Shown here piece by piece: positions 40,970 through 50,452 of a stretch of DNA of 64,000 nucleotides. The position numbers were made by a program, and so were the translations under genes. The DNA comes from Dehalococcoidia bacterium (GTDB lineage Bacteria; Chloroflexota; Dehalococcoidia; UBA6926), in contig CAXXET010000004.1 in the NCBI GenBank assembly GCA_963666115.2, forward strand, positions 128,001 to 192,000, in the 5' to 3' direction. Numbering within the stretch: the stretch's first letter is position 1; the number at the start of each line of letters is the position of its first letter. The notes beneath the pieces were generated by a model. It had not been told where the DNA came from and did not search any database. It saw only the letters and a list, made by a program, of their open reading frames with translations.

Positions 40970-41001
40970 GCGCGGGGCTGCGTTATGACGCAGCCCCGCG
41001 C
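40970..41001 (-). terminator. 14-bp GC-rich hairpin followed by TTGGCGTTT on the minus strand
   Basis: GCGCGGGGCTGCGT-TATG-ACGCAGCCCCGCGC, downstream of gene 41043..41681. Confidence 0.6.
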
Positions 41002-41042
41002 CCCTTTCAAAACTCTCCGCCAGAACGGCGGCCCCTCGCCTC

Positions 41043-41681
41043 CTACGTCGCGACGCCCAGCGCGATGATCAGCGCCACCCAAATGATGATGACCATGAAG
41101 ATCACAATGACGGTCACGAAAATCGAGACCAGGAATGACGCAATGCCGCTCAGCACGGCCAACAGCGTGCTCAACTGGTAGTTCTCACGAATGAGGAGAA
41201 TGCCCAAGATGGCGTACCAAATTAACACGACAATGCTGACCGCTCCGGCAATCACCGCGAACACGGACGAATCGCCTTCGCCCCTGATGAGAACGTCGAT
41301 CAGGCCCGGCACGACGGGTATTAGGCTCAGGGCCGAGAGCAGCAACAGCCCCGAAAGCATCCCGGTGTACGCTCCGACCCCGCCAAACAGCTTCGATATC
41401 AGGTGGACGATCAGGGAGGAAATGCCGGTCGCAAATGCGGCGAAACCGACGAACAGGATTGCGCCGATGATGGCGGCGACCGGCCCGATGGATATCTCCT
41501 CATCGCTGAATTGCTCAAACGTGCCGGGGTCGATCCCCAGGCCAAATCGGATGATCCCGTTCGCGATGAACACGATCAGCAGCGTCACCAGCCCAAGCCC
41601 CACCGGCCGCTCTGCCACAATCTCCCGTATCGTCTCGATGGGCCGCAGAATCAGCCCAACGTACCAGTTCAATAGCGTCAT
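41043..41681 (-). CDS. Yip1-like membrane protein (first array member)
   Basis: WYVGLILRPIETIREIVAERP, HLISKLFGGVG.Y, RENYQL. Confidence 0.8.
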   Translation of the reverse strand: MTLLNWYVGLILRPIETIREIVAERPVGLGLVTLLIVFIANGIIRFGLGIDPGTFEQFSDEEISIGPVAAIIGAILFVGFAAFATGISSLIVHLISKLFGGVGAYTGMLSGLLLLSALSLIPVVPGLIDVLIRGEGDSSVFAVIAGAVSIVVLIWYAILGILLIRENYQLSTLLAVLSGIASFLVSIFVTVIVIFMVIIIWVALIIALGVAT

Positions 41682-41798
41682 CTCGTTTTCCTCCGCTGCT
41701 TGTCGCCCCGTGCCGCTCGTCAATACCGCCCCTTAATTTTACGCCACCACGCAATCAAACCCTCCCGCCGCCCCCGCCGTGTGCGCTACAATGACCGT

Positions 41799-42701
41799 AT
41801 GACAGACGCCCTGCTTGAAACACAACTCCCCTTCCCCATGATCCATCGCGGCAAGGTCCGCGATACATACGACCTCGGCAGCGACACGCTCCTGCTGGTC
41901 GCCACCGACCGCGTCTCCGCGTTTGATGTCGTCCTCCCCACCGGCGTCCCCGGGCGCGGCATCGTCCTCTCGGAAATCTCCGCCTTCTGGTTCCGTCGCT
42001 CCGGCCATGAGTTCCCCAACCACTTCATCGGCATGGCCCATGAGCCGGAGGTCGCCAACGAATACAAGCTCGGCGACCTCGATGAGCCCGTCGCGCGCCG
42101 CGGAATGGTCGTCAAAAAGGCGGAGCGCATCGACATCGAGTGCGTCGTGCGCGGCTACATCACCGGCTCCGCGTTGGCCGAATACCGCAAGTCCGGTACG
42201 GTGCAGGGCTATGACCTGCCCCCGGACATGGTTGACTCGCAGGCCTTTGAGTCCGCGCTCTTCACCCCCACCACCAAGGAGGAGACGGGGCACGATATTC
42301 CCCTGACGGTTGACGAACTCTGGAAGCAGGTGGGCGGCAACATCGCCTGGCCCCTTGAAGAGCACAGCCTCGCCCTCTACCGCATGGCGTCCGACTATGC
42401 CCGCGCGATGGGTGTCATCCTTGCGGACACCAAGTTCGAGTTCGGCATCATAGACGGCAAGATCTCGGTGATCGACGAGCTGCTGACGCCGGACTCCTCC
42501 CGCTACTGGGACGCCAACATCTATGAGGCGGGCAAGCCCCAGCCCAGTTTCGACAAGCAGATCATCCGCGATTGGCTGACGGAATCCGGCTGGAATCGCG
42601 AGCCGCCCGCGCCGGAACTGCCCGACGACATCGTCCAGCAGACCATCGACAAGTACCGCGACGTATACCAGCGGCTAACGTCACAGGAGCTCGTCCTGTG
42701 A
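41799..42701 (+). CDS. purC: SAICAR synthetase
   Basis: RGKVRD.Y, ATDRVSAFD, ECVVRGY, ADTKFEFG, DELLTPDSSR, SFDKQ. Confidence 0.96.
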   Translation: MTDALLETQLPFPMIHRGKVRDTYDLGSDTLLLVATDRVSAFDVVLPTGVPGRGIVLSEISAFWFRRSGHEFPNHFIGMAHEPEVANEYKLGDLDEPVARRGMVVKKAERIDIECVVRGYITGSALAEYRKSGTVQGYDLPPDMVDSQAFESALFTPTTKEETGHDIPLTVDELWKQVGGNIAWPLEEHSLALYRMASDYARAMGVILADTKFEFGIIDGKISVIDELLTPDSSRYWDANIYEAGKPQPSFDKQIIRDWLTESGWNREPPAPELPDDIVQQTIDKYRDVYQRLTSQELVL

Positions 42702-42913
42702 GCATCGGCCGCATCGTCGGGAGCGCGCTCATCGGACTCGCGGCGGCGGTCATGCTGTACACCATCGTCGGCGCAGTCAGCACCGTCTGGGGCGTGGCGC
42801 AATTCGATGAGATGCCCATCACGGTCAAGCTCTTCCTGCCCGTCATATTCGGCACGCTCGCCGGAACGCTTGGCGTCATGGCCGTCCAACGCCTCCGCCA
42901 ATCCCGCAGATGA
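42698..42913 (+). CDS. Small 2-TM hypothetical protein
   Basis: GTGA overlap with purC and ATGA overlap with purS; two hydrophobic stretches. Confidence 0.6.
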   Translation: MSIGRIVGSALIGLAAAVMLYTIVGAVSTVWGVAQFDEMPITVKLFLPVIFGTLAGTLGVMAVQRLRQSRR

Positions 42914-43185
42914 ACTACCTCGCCCGCATCTACGTCACCCCAAAGCCCGGCGTCGTCGATCCCCAGGGCCTCTCCATCCTGGGCGGCCTCAAGAACCTCG
43001 GCTACGATTCCGTAACCGCCGTCCGCGCGGGACGCTACCTTGAAGTCCACCTCGGCGAAGCCCCCTCAAAACAGGACGCCGAAACCCGCACAACGGAAAT
43101 GTGCCGCCAACTGCTAGCCAACCCCGTAATAGAAGACTACCGCTTCGAAGTCACAGAGTTCCCTCTCCCTGAGGGAGAGGGCTAG
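42910..43185 (+). CDS. purS: FGAM synthase subunit PurS
   Basis: KPGVVDPQG, VRAGR, MCRQLLANPVIEDY. Confidence 0.93.
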   Translation: MNYLARIYVTPKPGVVDPQGLSILGGLKNLGYDSVTAVRAGRYLEVHLGEAPSKQDAETRTTEMCRQLLANPVIEDYRFEVTEFPLPEGEG

Positions 43186-43193
43186 GGTGAGGG
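43159..43193. repeat. REP-like palindrome TTCCCTCTCCCTGAGGGAGAGGGCTAGGGTGAGGG
   Basis: Inverted repeat CCCTCTCCCT/AGGGAGAGGG; flanks match 1383-1436. Confidence 0.75.
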
Positions 43194-43201
43194 GGACCCC
43201 C

Positions 43202-43816
43202 CTACCCCGTCAGCGTCCCCTTCGTAGACGGCGCCACTCCCGCAAACCTCTCATCGCGCCGCGTCGCCGCATCCAACGCCTTCGCCAGCGCCTTGAACGC
43301 AGACTCCGCAATGTGGTGATCGTTGACCCCGGCATGTTGCACGACGTGCAAGTTGATCCGCGCCTCCCGCGCCATCGACTCCAGCAGGTGGCCGATTAGC
43401 TCCGTTCGCAGATCGCCAACCATCGCCGATGTGAACGTCAGCCCGATGGCGGAATAGCCCCGCCCGCCTAGGTCGATTGCCGCCGTCGTCAGCGCGTCGT
43501 CCAGCGGCGCGGTCGCGTGGGCAATCCGCATGATGCCGGTTCGGTCCCCAAGCGCCTCTCCCAGCGCGCGCCCCAGCACGATGCCCACGTCCTCAGCCGT
43601 GTGGTGCCCGTCAGGATCGTTCAGCCCCTCGGCGCGAACGGTCAGGTCAAAGCCGCTGTGCCGCGCAAGCTGGTCCAGCATGTGATCCAGCATCCGGTAG
43701 CCCGTGCTGACCTCATAGTTCGCCCGCCCGTCGATGTTGATGGACACCTCCACCACCGTCTCGCCCGTCTCGCGGCGGGCGGTCGCCTGGCGCGGCGACG
43801 CTTCCTGACTTGTCAC
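43202..43816 (-). CDS. hisB: Imidazoleglycerol-phosphate dehydratase (monofunctional)
   Basis: RETGET, DHML, DGHHTAED, NDHHIAES.FK, PSTKG. Confidence 0.95.
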   Translation of the reverse strand: MTSQEASPRQATARRETGETVVEVSINIDGRANYEVSTGYRMLDHMLDQLARHSGFDLTVRAEGLNDPDGHHTAEDVGIVLGRALGEALGDRTGIMRIAHATAPLDDALTTAAIDLGGRGYSAIGLTFTSAMVGDLRTELIGHLLESMAREARINLHVVQHAGVNDHHIAESAFKALAKALDAATRRDERFAGVAPSTKGTLTG

Positions 43817-44934
43817 CTCTGGGCCTCCATTTCCTCGCGCATGGCCGCCAGCAGGCGCTCATGGTCGCGCGGCCGCCCCACCGTGATGCGGATGCAGTCG
43901 CTCAGTCCCGGCGTATTGAAATGCCGCAGGGCGACGCCGCGGCGCAGCAGTGAGGCGTGCAGCGCCTTGGCGTCGTGCTCCAGGAACCGCACCAGCAGGA
44001 AATTGGCGTCCGACGGAAACACCTGGACGCTCGGCAGCAACCGCAATTCCCTCTCCAGCACGGCGCGCTCCTGCACGATGAGATTGACCGTCGCCAGCGC
44101 GGCGTCTATGTCCTCGATGGCCGCGACAGCCGCCGCCTGCGCCAGCGTGTTCACGTTGTACGGCGGCTTGACCGTCATCAGGATTCCGGCAAGGTCCGCG
44201 GGGAAGATGCCGTAGCCCACGCGCAGCCCCGCCAGCCCCGCCCACTTGCTGAACGTCCGCAGAAAAACAACGTTGGGGTACTCGTCCGCCAGGTACATGA
44301 GCGATTCCCCGGAGAACTCCGCGTACGCCTCATCGACAATCGTCAACGCCTGCGTCTCCGCGACGGCGCGAATCTCCTCCTCAGTAACGCTGTTGCCCGT
44401 CGGGTTGTTCGGCGTCGAAAAGAACACAATCGACGCCTCCCGCGCCGCCTCGACGAGACGCGGCAAGTCAATCGAAAAATCATCCTGGCTGCGCGGCACG
44501 CCGACAAACCGCGCGCCGGCAAGATCGGTCTCCACCGCGTACATGCCGAAAGTGGGCGGCGTCGCGACGACCGTGCCCTCCGGCCCCACGAAGAGCCGCG
44601 CCAAAAGCGCGATCAGTTCGTCGCTGCCCGACCCTGCGACGATGCGCTCCGCGTCAAAGCCCGTGTACCCCGCAAGGCAGGCCCGCAGCGCGGCGTGGTC
44701 GGGGTCAGGGTAGATGTTGGCGGCGTCGAACGACTCGATGAGCGCCCGCACGCGGGGCGGCGGCCCGTAGGGATTCTCATTGGCATTGAGACGCACGATG
44801 CCGTCTTCGCCCACCCCGCTCTCTGCCTGCAAGCGCTCAGGCGGCGCAACAGGCTCATACGGCTTCATATCCCGGAAGCGGGGCACCAGCCGATCCAAAA
44901 GAGGCACAGCAAGACGATCACGCGGCGTCACCAT
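43813..44934 (-). CDS. hisC: Histidinol-phosphate aminotransferase
   Basis: LNANENPY, GSDELI, PNNPTG, DEAYAEF, RTFSKWAGLAGLRVGY. Confidence 0.93.
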   Translation of the reverse strand: MVTPRDRLAVPLLDRLVPRFRDMKPYEPVAPPERLQAESGVGEDGIVRLNANENPYGPPPRVRALIESFDAANIYPDPDHAALRACLAGYTGFDAERIVAGSGSDELIALLARLFVGPEGTVVATPPTFGMYAVETDLAGARFVGVPRSQDDFSIDLPRLVEAAREASIVFFSTPNNPTGNSVTEEEIRAVAETQALTIVDEAYAEFSGESLMYLADEYPNVVFLRTFSKWAGLAGLRVGYGIFPADLAGILMTVKPPYNVNTLAQAAAVAAIEDIDAALATVNLIVQERAVLERELRLLPSVQVFPSDANFLLVRFLEHDAKALHASLLRRGVALRHFNTPGLSDCIRITVGRPRDHERLLAAMREEMEAQR

Positions 44935-44956
44935 AACAACCCCATTATCGCACGCC

Positions 44957-45667
44957 CTACTCCTCCACAGACACCGCCGTAATACTCGCCGCCTCCAACA
45001 CATCCTCATCGGGCCCGGGCACAGCCGCGACCGTCACCCGATCACCGACGGCCAAATCATCGATCTCGCCCGGCTGCGTGACAGTGATTCGCGTTCCGGC
45101 AATGGTCGCTATCCGCTGCGGCCCCGCCGGCGTCATCAGCGTAATCGTATCCCCGTCGATGGATTCAATCGTCCCGGCCATGCGCGTGCCGATTGCCGCA
45201 TTATCCGCATCCCCCGTCCCCACCGCGAACCCGGGCCTCCCCCGGGGGAATCCCGCTCCCTCGCCGCCCTGGAACTCCCTGATATCCAGGCGCATTTGCG
45301 CGAGGTCCGCCTCCGTGACGCCCTGCTCCCGCATCGCCTCCACCACTTCCGGCGGAATCTCCCCGTCGCCGTCCGGCCCAAACGTCACCGTCTCAATCTC
45401 TGCGTCGTCCCCGTCAAGCTCCACGACGCCCGGTTCCTCAGCCGTTATCGCCAGCGGCGGAACCTCTTCGACGTCCGCTTGCTGCCCCTGCCCGACCTGC
45501 ACGCCAACCGCGAACGCGCCGCCGATGCTCAGCCCCACCGCCAGCACGACTGCGGCAATGCCCATGAACGCGCGCCCGCTCAGCCCGCCGCCCTCCTCGT
45601 CGTCCGCTGCCGTTTCGTCCGCTGCCGTTTCGTCCGTCACCGCCGATTCAGTCGTTTGGTCGTCCAT
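44957..45667 (-). CDS. Membrane-anchored accessory protein of the exporter operon
   Basis: Single TM; C-terminal GTIESIDGDTITL...DLAVGDRVTV (OB-like). Confidence 0.6.
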   Translation of the reverse strand: MDDQTTESAVTDETAADETAADDEEGGGLSGRAFMGIAAVVLAVGLSIGGAFAVGVQVGQGQQADVEEVPPLAITAEEPGVVELDGDDAEIETVTFGPDGDGEIPPEVVEAMREQGVTEADLAQMRLDIREFQGGEGAGFPRGRPGFAVGTGDADNAAIGTRMAGTIESIDGDTITLMTPAGPQRIATIAGTRITVTQPGEIDDLAVGDRVTVAAVPGPDEDVLEAASITAVSVEE

Positions 45668-45680
45668 GTCGCCTCATCTC

Positions 45681-46898
45681 CTATTCGTACCGCAGCGCCT
45701 CGATTGGATGGAGCGACGCCGCCCGCATCGCCGGATAGATGCCGAACACCAGCCCGATGAGCATCGAAACCCCCAGCGCCAGCGCCGTAATGTCCGTGCT
45801 CACCACCGTTCGGATGTCCTCATTCGCAAGCAGCGTCATGTTCATCCCCTGCGCGATGAGCATCCCAAGCAGTACGCCGATGATCCCGCCGCCCAGGCTC
45901 AGCAGCACCGCCTCCAGCACGAACTGCGAGAGAATGTCCCACCGCCGCGCCCCAACCGCCTTGCGAATGCCGATCTCCCGCGTCCGTTCCGTCACGGACA
46001 CGAGCATGATGTTCATAATCCCGATCCCGCCGACAATCAGCGAGATGCTCGCGATGGAACCCAGGAACAGCACGAAAGCCCGCGTCGTGTCCTGGAACGC
46101 CTCCAGCGCCTGCTGTTGATTCCGAACCTCAAAATCGTCCTCGTCCGTGATGCGGTGCCGCAGGCGCAGAATCCTGCTGACCTCCCCCTCCGCCCGTTCC
46201 ATGTTGGTGACATTGCCCACGAGGACGCTGATCGTATTGACGGTCACCGCCCCCTCCACTGACCGGTCCGCGCTGAACCGGCGGTACGCCGTCGTAATCG
46301 GAATCAGGATGCGGGTGTCCTCAAAGCCGAACGCCCCGCCGCCCCTGCTTTCCAGCACGCCGATAACCGTCATCTGCCGTTCGTTTACCTTGATGCTCTG
46401 CCCAATCGGATCGCGCCCCAGGAAGAGGTCCGCCGCCGTCTGCGAGCCGAGAACCGCCACGTCCGACGCCCCGGATACGTGCGGAATGCTGATGAAGCTG
46501 CCGCTGCCGACTGCGTAATCCCGCACGTCCTGGTACTCCGGTGTCACGCCCGTGATCTCAGTCGAAACAGACCGCGCGCCAAACCGGTTGGTCACGCTCG
46601 CCGTCCCGAACGCGTTGACCTCCGGCGCAACCATGTCCACCGATGGCGCGAGCAGCGGGTCCATCAGCGCGTAGGCGTCATCTAGCGTCAGCGTTCCGTA
46701 GTCTGAATTGACGAAGAGGATATTGGTGCCAAGCTCCTGGATGAACGACGTGACCGACTCCTGCACCCCGCGCCCGATGGACATCAGCGAAATCACCGCC
46801 GCCACGCCGATCACGATGCCCAGCAGCGTCAGCAGGCTCCGCAGCTTGTTGGCTCCGACAGACTGGAGCGCCGAAAGCAGCGTCCGTTGCGGACTCAC
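45681..46898 (-). CDS. MacB/YknZ-like ABC permease
   Basis: [49 protein letters not shown]. Confidence 0.93.
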   Translation of the reverse strand: MSPQRTLLSALQSVGANKLRSLLTLLGIVIGVAAVISLMSIGRGVQESVTSFIQELGTNILFVNSDYGTLTLDDAYALMDPLLAPSVDMVAPEVNAFGTASVTNRFGARSVSTEITGVTPEYQDVRDYAVGSGSFISIPHVSGASDVAVLGSQTAADLFLGRDPIGQSIKVNERQMTVIGVLESRGGGAFGFEDTRILIPITTAYRRFSADRSVEGAVTVNTISVLVGNVTNMERAEGEVSRILRLRHRITDEDDFEVRNQQQALEAFQDTTRAFVLFLGSIASISLIVGGIGIMNIMLVSVTERTREIGIRKAVGARRWDILSQFVLEAVLLSLGGGIIGVLLGMLIAQGMNMTLLANEDIRTVVSTDITALALGVSMLIGLVFGIYPAMRAASLHPIEALRYE

Positions 46899-47578
46899 GC
46901 CGCGCCCCCGGTTTTCTCATCGCTGACGATTTCCCCGTCCCGCATCAGGATGACCCGCTCCGCAAAACGCGCGATGTCCTCCTCGTGCGTAACGATGATC
47001 ACCGTGATCCCCGATGATCGGTTAAGCTCTCGGAGCAGCTCGATGATCTCCAAACTGGAGCGGGAATCCAGGTTGCCCGTCGGCTCGTCGGCGAGCAGGA
47101 TGGACGGCTCGTTGACCAGCGCCCGCGCGATGGCAACTCGCTGCTGCTGTCCCCCGGACATCTCCGTTGGCCGGTGCCCCGTCCTGTCCGCAAGCCCCAC
47201 GCGCCCCAGCGCCTCCCGCGCCAAACGCGCGCTGCCGCCCTTTCGCGCGTACAACAGCGGCAGTTCCACGTTCGCCTCCGCCGTGAGGCGCGGCAGCAGG
47301 TTGTAGCTCTGGAACACGAACCCGATCTTACGGTTTCGGATCGCCGCCAGCCGTGAATCGGACAGCCGCCCCACGCCCACCCCATCGAGCGAATACCGGC
47401 CTGACGTGGGAACGTCCAAACAGCCCACGATATTCATCATGGTGGACTTGCCGGAGCCGGACGCGCCCATGATCGCGACCATCTCCCCGTCCCCGATGGT
47501 CAGGCTCACCCCGCGCAGCGCTGCAATCTCTACCTCGCCCATCCGGTAGATCTTCCGCACGTCCGCCAGCTCGATCAC
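46895..47578 (-). CDS. MacB/YknY-like ABC ATPase
   Basis: [33 protein letters not shown]. Confidence 0.95.
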   Translation of the reverse strand: MIELADVRKIYRMGEVEIAALRGVSLTIGDGEMVAIMGASGSGKSTMMNIVGCLDVPTSGRYSLDGVGVGRLSDSRLAAIRNRKIGFVFQSYNLLPRLTAEANVELPLLYARKGGSARLAREALGRVGLADRTGHRPTEMSGGQQQRVAIARALVNEPSILLADEPTGNLDSRSSLEIIELLRELNRSSGITVIIVTHEEDIARFAERVILMRDGEIVSDEKTGGAA

Positions 47579-47612
47579 GATGCCGCCTCCGCAGCCGCCG
47601 CGCCCAACGGCG

Positions 47613-49300
47613 CTACCCGACCCGCCTCACGGTCGTTGTCGTCGTCTGCCGCCGGATGCCGGGGCCGCCGAACATCCCGAAGTCCTCGGCCTCGGACACG
47701 TGCATGATGACCTCTTCGCCCTCCTCCACGCCCGACTCCACCACGACCCAGAAGTCGTCGTTGTTGCCCAGCGTCACGGGGCGCGGCTCTATCGTGTCGT
47801 CCGCCATGACGCGCAGCAGTGGCTCCTGGAACGTGCCGTAGATCGACTGCACGGGAACCAGCAGGACGTCGAACTCTTCCTCCACGGCCATCCGCGCAGT
47901 CGCGTTCATGCCCTCCCGCAGGTCAACGCCCGGCACAATGTCGATGCGGACCATCACGGAGAAAACGGCGATGCCCTGTTCCAGCTGCGCCCCGGACGAT
48001 ATGGACGATATTGACCCGGTGAACACCTGCCCCGGCATCGCATCGAGGGTAATTTCTGCCGCATCGCCGTAGCTGATCTGCAGCACGTCGGTCTCATCCA
48101 CCTGCCCCTGGAGTTCCACGACGGACGTGTCAATGATCTCCACGGCAATACGTGATTCCACCTGGATCGCCTCGCCCGCCACCGCGTTCAGGACTGCCAC
48201 AATCCCGTCGATTGGCGCGCGAACGGTCGCGTCCTCCCGCCGTTGCAGCGCGTCATCCAGCGCGACCTGCGCCGTGACAAGCTCGGCCTCCCGCAGGCTC
48301 CGCGTGTACCCCGCCGGCCCGCCGGAGGCATCGTCAACGGCCTGCCGTGCCTGCTCATGCCTGTCCCGCGCCGCGTCCAGCTTGTCCTGTGCGTCTCGAA
48401 TTGCGCTGTCCCTGGCCGTTATCGCGCCGTCCAGCGCGTCGCGGGCAGAGATAAGGCCGTTCCACGCGTCATCAAATCCCTTCTGTAAACAGTGTCCATT
48501 AAGAGGATGCGCGTCCGTGCTCTCACACGCGGCGACGACCTCTCCCGGATAAAAATTGACGACGCCGTACACAAGCGTCTCCGACCATCTGGTGGCCGGG
48601 TCGTCCTGCGGGGCGCCGCTCGAATAGATGCCCCGCCCCGTGTCGTCCCCAACGGCCTCGATGAGCAGTTCTTCCAGGTTCACTCCCCATGCCGTCAACA
48701 AGTCCTTCGGGGCCGTCCCCAACTCATCCGCCCCCAGCGTGACGCCCAGCCAAGCCGAGAAAATATTCCGATAGTCGTCTTCCCCTTTACCAACGTCATC
48801 CTGCGCAGTGTCGATCTTGTCCCGGTGTTCCTTTTCCATATCTGCGAGGGCCCGCTCGGCATCCGAAACATCCGCCTCTGCGGTAACCAGGCCGGACTGC
48901 GTGTCCGCAAGCAGGTTCGCAAGCGCATCCTCAGCGTCGCGCAGGGCAATCTGCGCCTTCGCAACGTCCATGTCGTGCCGCGCCACCGTCGCGTCATCCA
49001 GCGTCAGCAACGCCTGCCCTTCAATGACGGCCTGCCCCTCTTCAACCAACACGTCCTTGGACGATTGAATCCGCGCTGAGACGTATCGACTCCCGCCGCG
49101 GCAGCGTGAGCGTGCCGCCCGTCTGTATCTGGTTGACCAGATCCCCCGCGCGTCACTGCCACCAGTTGCTCATTCTCGGTGAGCCCGCCGGCCGCTTGGT
49201 CGTTCGAGAGCTGCCCGCCAACGAAGACGACCGCCCCCGCCGCGCCCGCAATCAGCACGCCGATGATCACGATGAATTGCCACGGACGAAGACGTCGCAT
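47613..49300 (-). CDS. MacA/YknX-like membrane-fusion protein, frameshifted near 49050-49150
   Basis: N-terminal TM; VEEGQAV..GQ.L; coiled coil; VRAPIDGIV; VDETDV..I..G. Confidence 0.8.
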
Positions 49301-49402
49301 TGTCGCCACTAGACCCACACCTCAACTTGTCTCGAATGTCCCACGCAGAGCGCGCACAGTTAAGTCAACGCTATCACGCCCCCCGCGCGTTAGCAATGGG
49401 AC

Positions 49403-49436
49403 AAAAAGAAGAGGCGGGGCGCATGTGCGCCCCGCC
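49403..49436 (-). terminator. Intrinsic terminator
   Basis: GGCGGGGCGCA/TGCGCCCCGCC hairpin followed on the minus strand by TCTTCTTTTT. Confidence 0.7.
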
Positions 49437-49456
49437 CCTTTCGGCTCAAAGAAATC

Positions 49457-50041
49457 CTAGAGCGAAAGCCGCTGCGCGAGCAGCTCCCGCAGCTCCCGCA
49501 CAGTCTCCACCTGCCACGCCGGATAGCGGGCCTGCGTCTTGTCGCGGATCGCGCGGCGGAACTCCTGCTCGTCCGCGTCCGGCATCGCCGCCTTCGTCTC
49601 CTCGTTGATCTTGGGCATCTCCTCGTTCGCGGACACCGGGGCGCTCATGCCAGTGCCCGATCTCGTCCATGTCGTCCGTGTAGAACACCGGCACGGGGAT
49701 GGACATGAACTCGCCCCCCTTGAGGAACTCGTTCATGATGTCGAGGTTCTCGTCGCGCGGGAAACACGCTGACCCTCCATCCCGGCCGCCTCGGCGATCT
49801 TGGCCAAGACCGGCATCCCGCGGAACACGTCCGGGCACCAGTCCTCGCCCAGGATCAGCATCCTCGTCGCCCCCGCCTCTTTCGCGCGGCGGAAAAACGC
49901 GACGTCGTCGTCCGAGAGCCGCGCGCTGGCGTAATACTGCTCGAACTTGTCCTTGTTCACCTTGATCTGCGCGATGTAGTCGTCGTACGTGAATCCCGCT
50001 CCAAAGCGCTCGGGCGTCACCACGGTCGTCTTCTCAGCCAT
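49457..50041 (-). CDS. Thioredoxin-like protein (WCPD type), two frameshifts
   Basis: EDWCPDVFRGMPVL / FPRDENLDIMNEFL..SIPV / ..ETVRELRELL spread over three frames. Confidence 0.75.
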
Positions 50042-50085
50042 GTCACATTCCCCCAATGCCGCGTACAGCGGCCCCGTTCGACTCT

Positions 50086-50326
50086 CTATCCAATGTTACA
50101 ACTGATCATGTCCTTGTAGCCCATCGTGACCTTGCCGTCCGGATACACGACGATTGGCACCACGTCGCCCGAATTCGCGCGCCTCATCGAGCCACGCCTG
50201 GTTCTCATCCACCTGGCGCTCCTCGAACTCGATGCCCTGCTTTGTCCAATCCTCTTTCATCACCACGCACGCCGGGCACGTCGTCAACGTGTACACAACC
50301 GGCTTTGCGCCAACCCCTGTCGCCAC
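50086..50326 (-). CDS. Glutaredoxin-like protein, one frameshift near 50168
   Basis: YTLTTCPAC; corrected C-terminus GDVVPIVVYPDGKVTMGYKDMISCNIG*; SD GGAGG. Confidence 0.75.
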
Positions 50327-50452
50327 AAACACCTCCACCGAGCCTTCGGCTGCGGCTGTAAGTCCTCTTCCGTCTCCAACTTGATTCTACAACCAGTCTC
50401 CCGACGATGAAACCAAACAACGCTCCCGCCCCGCCCGTGTCATCATAGAGCC

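Larger units (their letters stand above)
36958..40982 (-). repeat. Six copies of junction motif (minus strand GCTTGGCGTTTAnnGGGTAGACTGC) at about 36961, 37700, 38641, 39505, 40324, 40947
   Basis: Read directly on the plus strand as GCAGTCTAC...AAACGC(C/T)AA; contains a TAGACT -10-like hexamer. Confidence 0.9.

Noticed and set aside
36958-41001. Integron attC array
   Set aside because: GTTTAAC/GTTAAAC occurs in only two copies, there is no paired R'/R'' hairpin, and no intI is in the window.
36958-41001. CRISPR array, DGR or shufflon
   Set aside because: Repeats are 600-950 nt apart with genes between them and all are direct; no cas, reverse transcriptase or invertase is present.
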